DNA from: Phoronis australis
Lineage: Eukaryota; Animalia; Phoronida
Assembly (NCBI GenBank): GCA_002633005.1
Contig: NMRA01000103.1
Span: 651,612-715,611, forward strand
Direction: 5' to 3'
Length of the DNA stretch: 64,000 nt
Under the pieces are notes generated by a model, which saw only the letters and a program-made list of their open reading frames with translations, was not told where the DNA came from and made no database searches. Below, piece after piece: positions 43,522 to 56,200 of the stretch. Every line of letters begins with the position of its first letter. The first letter of the stretch is position 1. Made by a program: the position numbers and the translations under genes.

Positions 43522-46500
43522 CTACAGGGAAAAAGAGGGAGCGAACTTAGCAAAGTGAAACACGTGGTTACAACCAACCACATCAGTGACCATTGTCACG
43601 AACTGAATGACACATGCTGCCATCTGACGGAGAGGTGAAAACCGAAAAGAATGACATCCAATATGGCTGAGTTGTTACAGCAATTTATGGACCTACAGTA
43701 CAGCAATTAACAAAAAAAACATAAAACCACAGGACAAATTGATGGGTAAGATGTAATCAAAGCTCACAATTTCCAGGAAACACAGGTGAATGGTCACCTA
43801 AGACAAAGTCTTCTGTATTGTCCTGCGCCCTCATAACAAAGTACAAACTTCAAGAAAAGACGCAACATGTTGTCTGCTGCAAACGAAAAAACAGAGCTGC
43901 CAAATCAAATGAACGTTTGCATCACTGTTGTCACCACTGCTTTGGGGAAGTACTTCAAGTGGTTCCCAGTCAGTGGGTCTTCATTCTCCACGCATATCCG
44001 GAACGAGATTGTCATTTCGCACGAGTTATTTCTGCATCAAAAAGTAGATGCAAAGCATGAATATTGAATGGCAGAACTATCGATACAACTCGCCAAATTA
44101 GTTTATCAAAATATCATTTTTCCATGAAGTTTTAACCACAAGTTTTCCACGCATGTAAAATATCTCATAGCTTTCTATGAGTGGAACCATGGCCACTTAT
44201 GGAATAAAGATAGACAGCTTCAAGACAGTGTGATAATACCATTTCAAATAAGAACATAACATGATTGAAAAGAGAAATTTTGTTTTGTCAAATTGAGAAA
44301 GTAAGATATAACCCCTACAGACCCTGGTTTTCCGTTTTAGGAAATTCGTCTTTTGTTTTGTATGTAAAATAGCAAATTTCATTTTTATTAACTGAAAATG
44401 AAAAATAAAATAAAAATGGTCAGGGAATATATGCCATAAAATTTCCTTTGAGTTGTGCTGCGCCTCTGATACATTGTTACCCAGCATTTTACGACCTTTT
44501 TCAAAACCAGAAAAAGAACAGTGCCACCTTCAGGAAGAATCAGCAACTACTAGAACATGTAAGCAGCAAAACGATCTATGATCCATTTGTGGCAAGAACT
44601 GTCCAATTTGAAGATATTCACAATTTTTGGTAATAAAAAAACAAGAATATAAGGATTAGGGTATCTATTACTGAAACATGTAAATTCAATTAGAAATCCC
44701 TAGTTTCTAGAAGTCAGATCTTGTGAATTACGTCCCTTTCCGTTGTCTTAGAAAAAACGGCGTTCCTCCTAGCTAACTTTTCCTTTACGCAGTTGTCAAG
44801 CAGAGAAAACAGAAATACACCAACATTTTTAACCACTGCAGTAAATCTGACAGACGAGAAAAAGACAGTTTCAACACTTATTTTTGAATAGGTAAAAATA
44901 ACCGGGAAACGAGATCTACGGAGGCAGAAAAAAGGCCCATAACACAAACGGAGGCCAAATAAGAACAGTGAAAACTCCAGATTTTTAATTGAGCAAATTG
45001 TGATAGACTCCTTTTACACCTGCTGCTCATATTATAGACTGTTTTGACACAAGTCCTACTGGGCTGTCAGTCTAATGGCAAATATGAACAAAATCAAAAA
45101 CGGTCGCCAAGGAGACACAGAGTCTAAATTAGACTCAGGCTGGCCACAGACAGATAGAATGACATCAGATACTAATCAGGCAGAAGTTGGTTGAAAAAAT
45201 AAACGGCAAAACAATCACGCTGTAAGCATGATCTGCAAAAGAGGCTAGACCACGTCATTCGCACTTAACGAACAACAAAACCAGTTGCTACTCTAATTAA
45301 CAATGTCACGATTTTTCTTACGCACGCAATCTACATCCATGAACATTCTAAAACCGTAGTCTAGATTAAAACAGAAACACTCAGGTGGCAAGTCAAAGAT
45401 AAATTACTTACAAAAAGTTTGTCATCACAGAAATAAAAAGTCGAAATTTCAGTATTTGTAAAAATTCTATTGCATTGCCAGTATCCTTTTGAGATTCTCA
45501 GGCATAAAGCTGTTGTAGCTTTAGAAATGGTACACTACAATGGAGGAATGGTGCCGGCAGTTGCTTTCATTTGTTATTATTATTAAAACAAACTTATTTA
45601 TAGTGCCAATAACAAAATAAATCCCAATAATATAACCACACAATTACACTGACTTAAGGTTTAAAACAGGGAACTGCTTATGAAGATAAACAAAACTAGA
45701 AGACCATCAACTGACACTCTGATTTAATAACTGATGACTATCAACAGCACTAAATTAAAATTAATTTTCAGAAATTGAACGGGGGGAGGGGGGAGGGGGG
45801 GGGCTCGTTCTCAAAGAGTCTACTGGCTGTTGACTTTCTGCTAAAATTAAGTCTACGGATAGCTCTTTCACACAGGCTTAGACTGCCTACAACTCAAAGT
45901 CAAAAGACAAAGATCCATATTCTTCTCAACTAGACAGAAGACGAAATGTTTCCAGAAACGCAACAACTTTCGGCTATCAAAGTGAGATTTCTAACTAAAG
46001 GCCAATGTCAAAAGACAAAAGCCGAAGCTCAGTCAACTCAAACAACTGTTTCCCCAACATACAGCAACCAAATCCAACTTATTCTAAGTGGATTCAATTC
46101 ACTTACAACTTACTTTTCCCAGTTTTTGCCAAAAGGACACTCAACCCAACTAAACCAACAGTAAGCAGGTCCAGATTTAAGTCACACATAAAACTGCTTC
46201 AGACCAGCTCAATATCAGTCTCCAGGCTCTCATTAAAGAATCTGACATACTGCTATTCACTCAGTACAGTCACAGCCTAATTTCCGCCCAAGATTCACCG
46301 GAATCCCTACAAAGCCCTGCACATACCAACATATAGGACACAGAGATCATAACACTTCCTCAGTCACCCATAAATTACACTGCAGAGCCTCCAAGAAGTT
46401 CAAGAAACAGGAAATCAAAACATCTGTGTATCACTCATCTCCTTTCCAAATTAGAAACAGGCTTAACAACACTTAGAACTATTAACTGAAAGAAATTTTC

Positions 46501-46568
46501 CACAAAACTAACAACTTGGTCATTCCTACAATATTTTGTTTCCCACTCATTCATCTGAAATGGGTAAT

Positions 46569-46740
46569 TAAAAAAATAATTGCAGGCGGTCTGGTACACG
46601 TTGTACCAGACATGCTGCTCAAGTGGGCCCATTGCGTTGATCACCTGGAATCATTTTTATGCTTTCTTAATATGTGGTAAAAACCCGAGCTGAGCAACTA
46701 GAGTCCGGACTCGAGAGCATAGCAGCCTGCCCCAGTGGGA
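46569..46740 (-). mobile_element. 5'-truncated copy of the same SINE
   Basis: Near-identical ATAATTGCAGGCGGTCTG.TACACGTTGTACCAGAC...GTGGGCCCATTGC..TGATCACCTGGAA..ATTTTTATGCTTT block. Confidence 0.75.
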
Positions 46741-49700
46741 AATTGGTAGGTAGGACAGACATGATCAGTTACGTTATAAATTGAAAAAATATCTTTTGTG
46801 TTAATTTACAAATAAAATATTTTGTATTCAGACATACGTTACGGTTGGAGGCGATTGGAAACAAATTAATTTACGTACGTACACCCTATGGACGAAGAGA
46901 GTCGGTGATATTTCTCAAGTACAATTTGTATCCTCAACAACCCACCACCACACAGATTCACTAGTTATACATCCCATTAACTCTTGGCTTAACTATAACC
47001 ATGGCCTACAGTGCTCCACTCTCAGTAGTACCATAGACTACATGGACTAATAACTTTGTATATGCTCCATGCACAAAATCTGCCATCTTGGCCACAAGTG
47101 GCTACCAACACTATTGGCCAGTGACATCACTATTCGCTAGCAGCACCTGGTGTAATACACATTTTACTTCTGTCAAGTTCATCCTCTGCTCACAAGCTGG
47201 AATTCCATTAGAAATAATTATGGGAGTTGTGAACCTGTTGTCTGTATGCTCTACAGTGGAAAGACAAAACTTTGGATTAACTTCTCATTATCTCTGTATA
47301 CTGTTGGAAAACAACACATTTCAAGATTACCTTATCTTCCAATGATCTCAACCTCAGAGGGTTAAAAGAGACCTCTCTACAACTTCAAATCCTTTTCTGG
47401 ATATCCAATGTCTAGGAGTAGGAAAGATCTGTGTCACTCCACATCTAAACTCTTGTCAACTACACAATGGCCTACTGATAAACCCAAGGTCACAGACAAA
47501 ATGTTCAACAGTTTATGCTCCACTCCAGCAGTTCCCATTGTACTCTGCTTCTCAGCTTGTAGGTCAGACTCAGGCTCAAGCATAATCCAAGCATCCTCTG
47601 AATTTTTCATCACAGTTTAAATGCAGCTTTGTCGTTGTTCGCTCACGCTTTTTGTTCAGAAAATGTCAGAAAACCAGACCTTACCCAATTGTGAGCGAAT
47701 AGTGGTTACATTCGTGAGTACTTGCACTATGTAACCTATTCGACAGTGAAATATCAGGGGAGGTGCTGGCTGTTCCATTGAAGGAGCCTAACCTATCACG
47801 AACTAGAATTTGTTGCTCTGTGCATGACAATGGAAAGATGAGGCAAATACCCTGTGCAAAAGAAGACCTGTCTGTGTATGCAACCACAGCAGATAATTAC
47901 TTCTGTCTTGCCCTAGCTTTGTGGCCTCACAACGATTAGAAGTGGTGCAGGATAACCTAGAACAAGTTACCCTACCTCGATAAGGTGGAGTTAAGTTGTC
48001 ACAAGTGGGGAAATTTGCACTAGTTTAAGTAGCACCCAGACAGTCCCCAAACCTAGTCACAACTTTTTCCAGGAGTAACTTGTTCTGGGTTAGGTCTGTA
48101 TGTGGATGTCACTACAGGTAGAACCCAGAAATCATGACACGACTGTTTAATTTTGAACTTTGTAATATGTACTACTTGGAATAGTTAACGTCTGTGCAGA
48201 AACCTGTTGAAATGGCTGCAGGCTGATTAAAGAGGCACAAACACCATTCTCAGACATATATCAGTGAAACGTGAGCACTACCGTATCAAACAACCAAATA
48301 ACCAGCTCGGAGTACAGGCACACAACCCACCTGTGAGAAAACCTGTCGAAATCGTCCCGAGAAAACATGCCCATATCGGCACTAACCGAGGACTAGACTT
48401 GTTTTCTCGAACACACTTATCACGTTGTGTTATCAATCCATCAAACACCCCTTCTCAGAGTGCCGCAAGTGCTCACAGTAACTGCAACTCAAACCAGATG
48501 CAACCCCTCCTTACAAAACCTCCACACGCTCGCACTCATCCTCAGATGAAGACCGTCCCCTCACAGGTAATCCCAATATACACCCAGGTGACACAAGGCA
48601 GCATCACGCAGACACCAGTAACACATACCATAATAAACTAAGTGATAGAACCTGTTGAAATCCCTGAAGGATAAAGAGCTGTTAATGGTGTCACACTAAC
48701 AGCAACTAAAACCAACACTGTGGATTACCAACCCCCTTATAGACACAACTGGGTAATAAATAGTTAATGCTACCTGAATAAGCCAGACCAGCGAAGAACA
48801 ACATCAACAAGGATGGCGAGAGTAACTATCGAGTCCTCCTCCTCCACATCTGACGTTTGTATAGTAATAGATAAAGAAGAATCAACACAGGTCAGATGTG
48901 AAACCGCACAAGACAAACACAGGTATCGGATTCGACACAGATAGAAAATCAATGAAGCGAATGCAAATCACAGGCTAGGCAACAATACAATTACTGTCCA
49001 CGGAGCTGGATGACACTGACAAGGACAATAATTATCGCCCACCGCTACTCCGCCACTCATAAACACTCCTTGACAAGTGAAGTGCTAGTCTGCTTGCTAC
49101 TCAGTTACAGTAGTTGGAGTATAATTGACATGGTGCTGATGGAAATCTTAAGAAAATTGCCAGTATCAAATACAACTTGCATCTGATCCGTAAATCAAGC
49201 CAGTGACTGGGCAACGACAATAAATTGCCCGTATTACAATGCTATTATAAAATCAATGCCCAGTCAAGACTGTGTGGAGGAAAGTAGCAGATTACAACAA
49301 TTAAAATCACTAAGCGGAATGATTGAACTGCCATCCATCAAAGAAACTAATTTTGAATTAAAATTCTTACAGCTACTTGTTTTTAACTCAGGTGAGAAGT
49401 GGTTTCTGGGCTTGGTAACAAATGACCGTTCGTTACCGTAGTAATGGGTAACTTGCTCAGAGCATAAAATGACCCACATTCTGCGACAATCTCGATCTCA
49501 ACCAACCAAACAAACTTTCAATTCTTCCTAAATCTCTAACTCGACTAAAGAATAATTAGAGACCAATTTCATGCGGATAAGCGATCGAAATCAAAAGTTA
49601 TTTTTTCTCTTAGAAAGTTTGGTTTATAACTGGCTTAAAGTGGCACTTCCTGTCTCCCTTTTGCAGAAACGTGAACTTGAGAAATATGCTAATCTATTGC

Positions 49701-52700
49701 CAATAATAACACCAACACTTTCACTGCTAAGTTTTTAGAACTTCATTTGTCAGGGCCAACTTTCAGGGTACAACGCCCTCATATTCCATGATATTCCAAG
49801 GTTATGATGTCATACGTTGACACAGGTATTAGCAAGGTTGACTATTCAAGATTTCAGGTGAAAAAACACCATCATAAAACCTTTATAACTTTGGACAAAA
49901 ATAAAAGCCAAAAGTACTCTTAACTTCTGACACTTTTGCCCACAATTTTTCAAAGCATTGTTTGGTGTTAGCTATGGTACGTACAAAACGTGAGCATGGA
50001 AAATAATCTAATCAGGTGGTACATGTCTTTCAAGGAAAATGATGAAGTGAAATTTCACTAGTCGGACATACTGTGTCCCAAACTGGTGCGACTTTACCAT
50101 ATTAAAGAAATGACTTAGGCGACTCCATTTCCACTGCGATCACGAACACCAACCTGTAACTCTGAATCTAGAGAAGGAAACAAAGATTGCGATCTTCCTT
50201 TGATATAAACATATTTATCAAAATCCTAATTGCTTTCATTGATGCAGCTCGAGAAAACAGCAACAATTTACTTTTAAGAGACTTAAAAAATTGCTGTTAG
50301 CAACTTTTTTGATAGCCGCCTTTTTTAAGCAACATCACCACAAGAGATAGGACATCAAATCCACGCAATCACTAAACAATTGCTACGCCACTCATTAACT
50401 AGGGACTTAATGGAGAAGTCGGTATCTCACAACACAACATGTACAATCAACAACATAAAAACAGTAAACCTTCATCAAGCTGTCATCATTTGTCTTGCAG
50501 ATAATGACCACAGACCCAAATTTCCTTAATTACGGGAAATTTCCTTAATCATACGTGCAAAAGACAACCTAAATTACGAGCGAGCGCAACAACTGCGGCA
50601 CTGGCTCAACACACCAGCCACAAAACTAAGGCATTGTGGGTGTACGGACAAACTCACAGCCAAAACTGACACAAGAAAATAGTTTCCAAAGCACTTTTAG
50701 AGATATAATCAGTCACTGGTTCTCCTCAGCTTGTATTTCATGACAGATCATTGTACGAAAATAAAAGCAATACTCCATTACTTGCAGGCCTACACTGACA
50801 TCTACAATGGAGAGATTTCTACATTACAAGGTTTCTTTACTTCTTGAAAGCTTCCCAAATTTGCACTCTGTTGTCATGGAAGGCAACAGGTCTTTCTCAA
50901 CATCTTCCCTAGGTGAGCTTTAAAACTCAAAACTGATATTCTACTTTTGGCACTAGATGTTAGAACTCAAAATAACCAGAGCATAACTGCTTCGTGAGGT
51001 AGGGTAAATCAATCATACTTCTTACGGCTTACGCAGGCATTTTACGTTGAAAATTTTGGTCAGATCTGCCAGTGAGTCACCCAATTACAGTCCCAGAAAA
51101 TCAAAAGTGAAATCTACAATACTAATAGAGAGCCACTGCAAAGGAAATGAATATATATCCGCACATCAAAACGGCCAACTTCGAAGGATGATAAGATACA
51201 AATGAAGATATTTAAGAAGCAAAAAATAACACCTGCGAACTTCATTCTGACAAGTTTATTTATAGGAAAACAAGTAGTCTTAACTTGCCTTACAGTACTT
51301 TGCGACTCGATTTACATGACAATTGGAAAACTGCAGAAACACGGCTCTGTATAAATATAGACAGGTAACGTCACTATTGCTCGCAGAAAAAAAAACACAT
51401 GAGTAATCGTCTGCAATATGAATACAAAAACGCAGACGCGACAAACTCAAATAACCTGCAAGAAAATACATAAAACTACCAAACAAATCGCTAAAGCAAC
51501 CAAACTGTCATCGCAAATGAACCGGGGAAAAATAAAATGGAAGCGACTGTTTGTGAGTAACACATCAATAACAACTTAATCTACACTAGAATACTGATAA
51601 GTAAGATATTGCAATCAACAACGCCATCTATTGCACATATAGGTCTTGAATTGTCCAATCATAAAAAGTTAGTGCCTATATACTACAAAGTACGATAAAA
51701 CTCAACAGAAGTCCCTATATTGGCATCTCTGCGATTATAACATTCAGTGCTGTGAGGTCCAACTGGTAAATGATAATAACAAAGCAAACAAAATCATTCT
51801 ACGATGACAGACTAGTGTACAGACCTGAGTAGCTAGAATTATTTTGTCGTCCAACTGTTGAGATAGCTGTTCCTACAATGACAGGGCAGTAAGAATTAAC
51901 AGTAGCTAAATACTACGTAGTACAACTGCAGGCGAATATAATATTACAATTCTGGGCGATGTACATTGTGAGCAGCTGGATACTTGCCAACGGTTACGCT
52001 TTTGGCGGGAAAGTCACTCAGTCCTGTTTTTTTTTTTTTGAAGCTTTGTTCCGTGTCATGCCACAGCAGTCAGAATGTTCCGCCTTAGGAAATGCATGCC
52101 GAAATATACTCATAATCGTAATACCATTCTCATGTGCATTGCCACATAATTTACGTGTCTGCGTCACTGTTCCATTTCACAGACATGACTGAAATGCCTG
52201 TAAATATGAATTAGCATCACAGACTCCGTTTCTGTGCATGCAAAAACCGTCGCATCACGTATCGGCCACGTGATGTGACCACATGACTCTGTAGGGTACC
52301 ACCAGGATGTCTCTGGGAGTTATGGCAGATATTTACCATCAGATCTCAGGCGCACTGGTTGATGGGGCCACTGACAATGTCGCGCAAAAGACTCCCTATC
52401 ATAGCAGTTTCCCAAATCCCACATCCCCGGTGAAAAAATGCATCATACGCTTGACCCAGTTTTCAAAGCATAGGACCGTTCACACATCTTAGCCGAGTCG
52501 GATAAGTGACGAACGATCGATTTACCACGCCTCACTCTGGCACTTCAAATGTTTTGATGTCTGCATTGCAACTTACTATGCAACGCTAAAGCTTTATTCG
52601 CATTAGAACAACAAATGACAAAGTAATTAGTGATTAGCACTGTAGCAGTGTACTACTGTCAGTCAATGGCCTGCAGAAACGCAGCATTCTGGGTAAATAC

Positions 52701-53269
52701 AACAGAGACGGGGAAAACACTGTGGTACTTCCAATGACCAGTGACCAGTGTCTCTGTTCTCACTAAGATCTTTTGATCAGTCACAAGTGGAGTTAAAAGC
52801 AGAAAAAATAGTTCTTGTTAACTCAACATGGTTTAAAATCACCTTGTTCACATTTTGCTAATTCACCTTGAGCCAACAGCCAAAACAAAGGCACGTATGC
52901 ACTGAAACGACTGACACTTAAGCATTATAGAACTTTAGTAAAAACCCAGTGATGTCGCGTTTGAGACAACTTTCGGATAATGTTAGATATGACTTGCCCA
53001 CACTTTGAGAACCACTGAATAACAGACATCAAACTGGTTATCCAAACGTGGGCATGCTCTACCCGATTATTGCCTCTTTTTAGACAAAGTTATCAGTTTC
53101 CACCCTCTATGATGGGCTCGGACATTCCAAGAACAACTTTGGTGTGACAGGATTCAACCAAACTGCTTAGACACAAAGAAAATTGTGCGACTTACCTACA
53201 GTTATACGAAAGAAATACAGAAGCCAAAAACTAGGGTCGCCTGCCAACTCCAAAGCGTCTAGTCAGTCA

Positions 53270-53283
53270 GTTGCTATGGAAAC
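53270..53283. promoter_or_regulatory. RFX X-box motif
   Basis: GTTGCTATGGAAAC fits the GTTNCCATGGNAAC-type near-palindrome. Confidence 0.4.
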
Positions 53284-56200
53284 TGATACTGAAGTTGGAG
53301 GATCTTTCAACCACAGACAAGCCCAATCATTAATGGCTCACACAGGTCAAAAACCTTTTAACCCTCCTATCAATCACATAAGGTTATGGCAATAGAATAA
53401 TCCCCATTGGCAAGTTTAATCAAGCTAAAACCCATGAATGGTTATTGCACGTTATTCGTGCTTAATTAGACAATAACATAAGATTTTTGGGCCAACCTTC
53501 AACAATCCACACAAAGCTTAGGTAAAATTTTTAGCAATACCACAGAGGTCTCTTAATGCACTTGTTATACCACAGGAACTATGCTGTTGTCACTATGTTT
53601 CTGACCAGGAACATCATTCAAGCCTGCTCACTAATGGCCGCCAAGGAGACAGATTTTTCCAATCTTGAAATTCAATTTTGGCTAAACAGTTTCATCAAGA
53701 TATTTCAACTAATCAAGAGTCTGTTTCAAGCTAACCAACCAATGGTAAGTAAGGGTGCAACACGGTTGTCAACATTCGAAAATGTTTCAGTTAGACATTG
53801 ATCATCAATGGTGCTGCCACCTAGTGAGAAAATGATATTCGTTGCAGTGAGAACTACCATTTTCAACAGGTAAAAACATGAAGAAGCGTCAGTTCTGCAT
53901 TACAAATAAATCACTAGCACCAGTGCACAACTGATTGGTATTTGACAAATCCAAATAAAAATAAGCCAGCCTGGAAAAAAATTTCTTTTCTTTCTGACGA
54001 TAAACTTATTACATATCATAACATTTGCCAATTGTGAATTTCGCATTTTTCAAGACCAAAGAGCGGCATACACGATGTAACTTCATCGCCGAAAATGTCG
54101 TCAATAAAAATTGTATCATGTGTGCTAGTTCATAACAAGAAATTGTAGTGTGTATGCCGGTTCAATGACACAATTTGTTGCTGATAGAAAAAATAAAAAG
54201 CCTCATGGGAAAAAACTGTACGGTGTATGCGGGCTTTTGCCCACAGTCATTATGAGGACGACTGTAGCAAGCGTCAGATCACACGTTACAAAGAGCAGTA
54301 CATGCCTGCACCTCATGTTTAAGACTAAATAAAATGCATACAACAACAGGCACTTACTTCAATAAACTTTTTTACGAATTATTTTCAGATTTGAGGCAGT
54401 TACGTTGACAAAATGCTTCAAAATAACTCATCTGAAATGAAAAAAGGCAATAGCCACTTGCAAGGGTCGAGGATTTTGAGAATCAGTTTGATGCAAGTTC
54501 AGCGGAGAAAACTGGTTCTCAAAATGCGTGACTCCTCCGACTATTACTGAAAAAACATCACCTAGAACTCGAAAACCTTATACCTCAACACTAGCTGCAC
54601 TGGGGACTGAAGGAGCCTCGAGCAAGCCTTACCTACCAGTGTACACTTTATCATCAGAATACGACAGAGTCAACCAATTCAATTCTTGCAACACTCAACT
54701 GGTTCACACAATACTTTCTGGGGCAGAATCTGATGCCGGAACTATCAATGAAAAACGTGTTGTATGTCAGCTTTATATCTCGATACGCTTTTGGTACCAG
54801 GACATCTGCTAGGCAGTGATAACAAAGGGTTGTTTTGCTTATAAGCAGAAAAAAAGTTGAACAAACAATCAGCAAATAGAACTCGGATGGACAGAACATA
54901 TTGTATGCATTTCCAGACAACCAGTTTGCCAAAAACATCATGACATTTGTGATCGTGTATTGAAATGGTATATTGTAGACACCCAATGGACATCTGATCA
55001 TACAGAAAGCAAAGCCACACGACACTGGAATCTGAAATTTCCAACTCAAAAGACAACAGCCAGGGTATTTTAACCATGCACGCAAACCAATATCTTTTTC
55101 AAAACACATTGATACACACAGTATCTATGAAACACAATGCCTTCCACAACAGCGACAAAGTAAAGAAGTTCACTGAACCCTAGTAGATCTCTACCGACCC
55201 TCGTGAACACGCGTACTTTTGCAAAAACAAAAGCAGTGGGATTACCCTCACACTCTCGGAATCAGTTCTCAGATGAAAAACTGCTGCCTGCAGAGCGCTG
55301 TCTGCAGTAGCTGTCCTTATTCAAAGTCTGCATAAACACACAAACATAGAGTGATGTCCCTAAACTAACAGAGGTCAGAACTAGAGAATCAGCCTGAGGC
55401 CAGTTGATTCACACATGACCACCATAGTGTTGAGATAAGAATCCCACTTGAAGATATGACCAGAGTGTGTACTGGGTAGTGACTGTAAAAGGAGCTCTGA
55501 GTAATGATCAACACAGGCTTGTTGGGTATATAGACAAGCCCACAAGGTTGGAGATAAACCTGATTCATGTTAAAACTATGAGCGCACCCTTAACACTTCA
55601 CAAACTACGCTGGTCATTTTATGGATTTTATGACAACTGCAGCAGACACAGGAATGAGACTGCAAATGTGCACTCCCAAAGTCTGTGTTAAAGGATAGGT
55701 CCATTTGAATGGATAGTCAATAGGCGAGTCAATGACTGTGCTGAGTGGATTCAAAACTATGTAAATACCACCTAGGTGTTCAGGTGAGGTGTGAAATGAA
55801 AATGTCACAATTTCACAGATACAACACATGCTAAAAATCTGAATTACAGTTCTTCTTAGATCTAGCGTAAACTGAAAATAACCTGCCAATACCTAGAAAG
55901 AAAGAAATCCCTGTCTGATTGATTGCCAACTTAATTCTCAACACAACAGAAATCTACTGTCAGACAGGCAGATCTCCTTATTAACTTACCTACCTGTGGA
56001 TTGTTTATTGATCTGACATGTAGCTTATCTACTAAATCAACAGGTAAACTGAAAAGGAAATCCTGTACCAATGAGCACCACTCAAATGCCAGCTCAGAGG
56101 GGTTCATTAAGTTCATCTGTATACAAGTATTTGTTAACAAGTTCAAAGGGAAAAATTTAACTCTAGGATTAAAACATCAACACACTTATCAAAATGAAGT

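Noticed and set aside
45781-45803. G-run as a functional G-quadruplex
   Set aside because: It is an isolated simple repeat deep in an intron, antisense to the transcript, with no supporting context.
48773-48850. Exon-like segment (DVEEEDSIVTLAILVDVVLRWSGLF)
   Set aside because: The acceptor is weak and its phases (1-2) are incompatible with the phase-0 intron.
54654-55109. Longest ORF in the track (151 aa) as a nested gene
   Set aside because: It starts at a non-ATG codon, has Cys/Phe/Leu-rich composition typical of T-rich intron sequence, and shows no domain or splice support.
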